A stretch of DNA of 64,000 nt from Thermoanaerobaculia bacterium. Its GTDB lineage: Bacteria > Acidobacteriota > Thermoanaerobaculia > Multivoradales > Multivoraceae. Positions 61,820 through 64,000 of the stretch are shown here, piece after piece. The notes below the pieces were generated by a model that was not told where the DNA came from, did no database searches, and saw only the letters and a program-made list of their open reading frames with translations. The DNA is taken from the NCBI GenBank assembly GCA_963666565.1, contig OY762911.1, forward strand, positions 4,352,001 through 4,416,000. The letters run 5' to 3'. A program made the position numbers and the translations under genes. Within the stretch, counting starts at the first letter, position 1. Every line of letters starts with the position of its first letter.

Positions 61820-64000
61820 CTGCGAACCAGCAGCGCCGGCGCGCAGGCAACCCGCAGCACACCGGGTGCGCGGGTCTTCCGACCCGCACGACAGCTGGGT
61901 GCGCGGGTCTTCCGACCCGCACACGGGCGAAGCCGCGGAGCGGCGCAGCCCGCACGACAGCGGCGCCGGCCTTCGGCCGGCACGTTCTTCCGGCCGCCTT
62001 CGGCGGCAGCGGGTCGGAAGACCCGCGCACCCGGCGGCACGTTCCTCGCCCTCCTGCTCTGCGCCGCTGCCGCGGCCGCTCAGCCGGCGGCGGAGGCGCC
62101 GCCGGACCTCCTCGACGCCCTCGCGTTCCGCCACGTCGGGCCCATCGGCAACCGGGTCTCCGCCGTCGCCGGCGTCCCCGGCGATCCGCTGACCTGGTAC
62201 GCCGGCGCCGCCTCCGGCGGGCTGTGGCGCAGCAACGACGGCGGCGTCGGCTGGGACCCCATCTTCGACCGGCAGGAGGCAGCGTCGGTCGGCGCCATCG
62301 CCGTCGCTCCGTCCGACCCGAACGTCGTCTGGGCCGGGACCGGCGAGAGCTTCATCCGCAGCAACATCTCGATCGGCGACGGCGTCTACCGCTCCACCGA
62401 CCGCGGCGACACCTGGGACCACCTCGGCCTCGAAGCCAGCGGCCGGATCGGCCGCATCCTGGTCCGCCCTGACGACCCGGACACGGCCCTGGTCGCCGCC
62501 CTCGGCCACGCCTACGGGCCGCAGCCGCGCGAGGAGGCCGGCCGCGGCGTCTTCCGCACGACGGACGGCGGCGCCACCTGGGAGCACGTCCTCTTCGTCG
62601 ACCCGGACACCGGCATCGTCGACCTCGCCTTCGCACCCGACAACCCGCGCTTCGTCTACGCCGCGGCCTGGCAGATCGAGATCCGCACCTCCGGCCGCAC
62701 CAGCGGCGGCCCGGGCAGCGGCATCTACCGGTCCGGGGACGGCGGCGATTCCTGGACGCTCCTCGACGGCGCGGGGCTGCCGGCGTCGCCGCTGGGCAAG
62801 ATCGGACTCGCCGTCTCGGCCGACGATCCGGACCGGGTCTACGCCCTGATCGAGACGAGCTCGAACCGGGACTTCGCCCCCTCCGATCCCTTCGCCGGCG
62901 TCCTCTGGCGCTCGGACGACCGCGGCGACTCCTGGCGCCTGGTCAGCCGCAACCTCGACCTGATCACCCGGCCGCTCTACTACACGCGGATGGCCGCCGC
63001 GCCCGACCGCGCCGACGAGATCACCTTCGTCGCCACCCGGCAACGGGTGTCGCTCGACGGCGGTCGCACCGTCGCTACCGAGGGCTTCGACCAGCCCGGC
63101 TGGGACCACCACGACATCTGGATCGACCCGCTCGACCCGGACCGCCGGATCGTCGGCCACGACGGCGGCGTCAGCGTCACGCACGACCGCGGGCGATCCT
63201 GGTACAGGCCCCAGTTGCCGATCGCGCAGATGTACCACGTCTCGACCGACGACCGCGTGCCCTACTTCGTCTACGGCAACCGGCAGGACGGCCCGTCGAT
63301 GCGGGGGCCGAGCCGCGTGCTCTACGGCGGCCGCACCGCCGGCATCCCGGTCGGCGAGTGGCACTCGGTCGGCGGCTGCGAGGTCGGCTTCTCCATGGTC
63401 CACCGCGCCGACAACGACCTGGTCTGGACCGGCTGCTACGACGGCCAGCTCGAGCTGTACGACCTGCGCTCCGGCCAGTCCCGCGACGTCAGCGTCTGGC
63501 CGCTGGCGATCGAGGGGTCGCCGGCTTCGGAACTCCAGTACCGCTTCCAGTGGACCGCGCCCTTCGCCACCTCGCCGCACGATCCGGAGACCGTCTACGC
63601 CGGCAGCCAGTACGTCCACCGGAGCCGCGACCGCGGCCAGAGCTGGGAGCGGATCTCGCCCGATCTCACGACGGCCGACCCGGCGCTCATGCAGCGAACC
63701 GGCGGCCTGACCCTCGACGACGCCGGACCGACCATCGCGCCGGTCGTGTTCGCGATCGCGGAGAGCCCGCTTGAGCCCGGCCTGATCTGGGCCGGCACGA
63801 ACGACGGCCAGGTCCAGTTGACCCGCGACGGCGGCGCGACCTGGACCGACGTGACGGCCAACATTCCCGGCCTGCCGCCCCTGGGCACCGTGCGGAACAT
63901 CGATCCGTCCGACGTCGACGCCGGCGCGGCGTACGTGGCGATCGACCGTCACCAGGAAGGCGACACGACGCCCTACGCGTTCCGGACGAACGACTACGGC
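61820..64000 (+). CDS. BNR/sortilin-like (VPS10) glycosyl hydrolase, runs off the window end; probable CTG start
   Basis: Not in the ORF track. Frame reads FRHVGPIGNRVSAVAGVPGD...ASGGLWRSNDGG..W with many SxDxGxTW Asp-boxes. AGGAGG lies 5 nt before a CTG, and there is no in-frame ATG/GTG/TTG before the h-region. Confidence 0.85.
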   Translation, partial: MRTSSAGAQATRSTPGARVFRPARQLGARVFRPAHGRSRGAAQPARQRRRPSAGTFFRPPSAAAGRKTRAPGGTFLALLLCAAAAAAQPAAEAPPDLLDALAFRHVGPIGNRVSAVAGVPGDPLTWYAGAASGGLWRSNDGGVGWDPIFDRQEAASVGAIAVAPSDPNVVWAGTGESFIRSNISIGDGVYRSTDRGDTWDHLGLEASGRIGRILVRPDDPDTALVAALGHAYGPQPREEAGRGVFRTTDGGATWEHVLFVDPDTGIVDLAFAPDNPRFVYAAAWQIEIRTSGRTSGGPGSGIYRSGDGGDSWTLLDGAGLPASPLGKIGLAVSADDPDRVYALIETSSNRDFAPSDPFAGVLWRSDDRGDSWRLVSRNLDLITRPLYYTRMAAAPDRADEITFVATRQRVSLDGGRTVATEGFDQPGWDHHDIWIDPLDPDRRIVGHDGGVSVTHDRGRSWYRPQLPIAQMYHVSTDDRVPYFVYGNRQDGPSMRGPSRVLYGGRTAGIPVGEWHSVGGCEVGFSMVHRADNDLVWTGCYDGQLELYDLRSGQSRDVSVWPLAIEGSPASELQYRFQWTAPFATSPHDPETVYAGSQYVHRSRDRGQSWERISPDLTTADPALMQRTGGLTLDDAGPTIAPVVFAIAESPLEPGLIWAGTNDGQVQLTRDGGATWTDVTANIPGLPPLGTVRNIDPSDVDAGAAYVAIDRHQEGDTTPYAFRTNDYG
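61864..62032. repeat. Three REP-like palindromes (two direct, one inverted) inside a leader-coding region
   Basis: Copies at 61864, 61897 and 62009 (reverse orientation). Confidence 0.9.

Overview
High-GC (about 70% by eye) bacterial chromosome segment. The gene set (paired VWA proteins, CRTAC1/ASPIC-UnbV plus TPR, a large TonB-dependent receptor, a BNR/sortilin-type hydrolase, several YEYACHEGN-family secreted proteins) suggests Acidobacteriota; that is inference. The backbone carries two Ntn acylases, a cytochrome c plus Tat-signalled ThDP enzyme, a two-permease RND pump, an M20 amidohydrolase, Moco genes, pyrE, a TTQ amine dehydrogenase cluster (mauBEDA plus cytochrome c, no mauG) and a stand-alone Zn-free rpsN. 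The 27-44 kb region is an accessory/defence hotspot with no integrase. It holds hicBA-like modules, a Type ISP R-M enzyme, a frameshifted TOPRIM gene, and dinJ with an inactivated yafQ. It also holds a lower-GC island, bounded by two near-identical copies of a whole host gene, that encodes an RHH regulator and a C5 methyltransferase with a decayed HhH-GPD tail converging on an ECF sigma - ParB/Srx - SNF2 operon (best candidate for an undescribed system). A REP-like palindrome (GGGTGCGCGGGTCTTCCGACCCGC, at least 17 full copies) forms tandem arrays and sits in frame within the signal-peptide n-regions of three secreted proteins.
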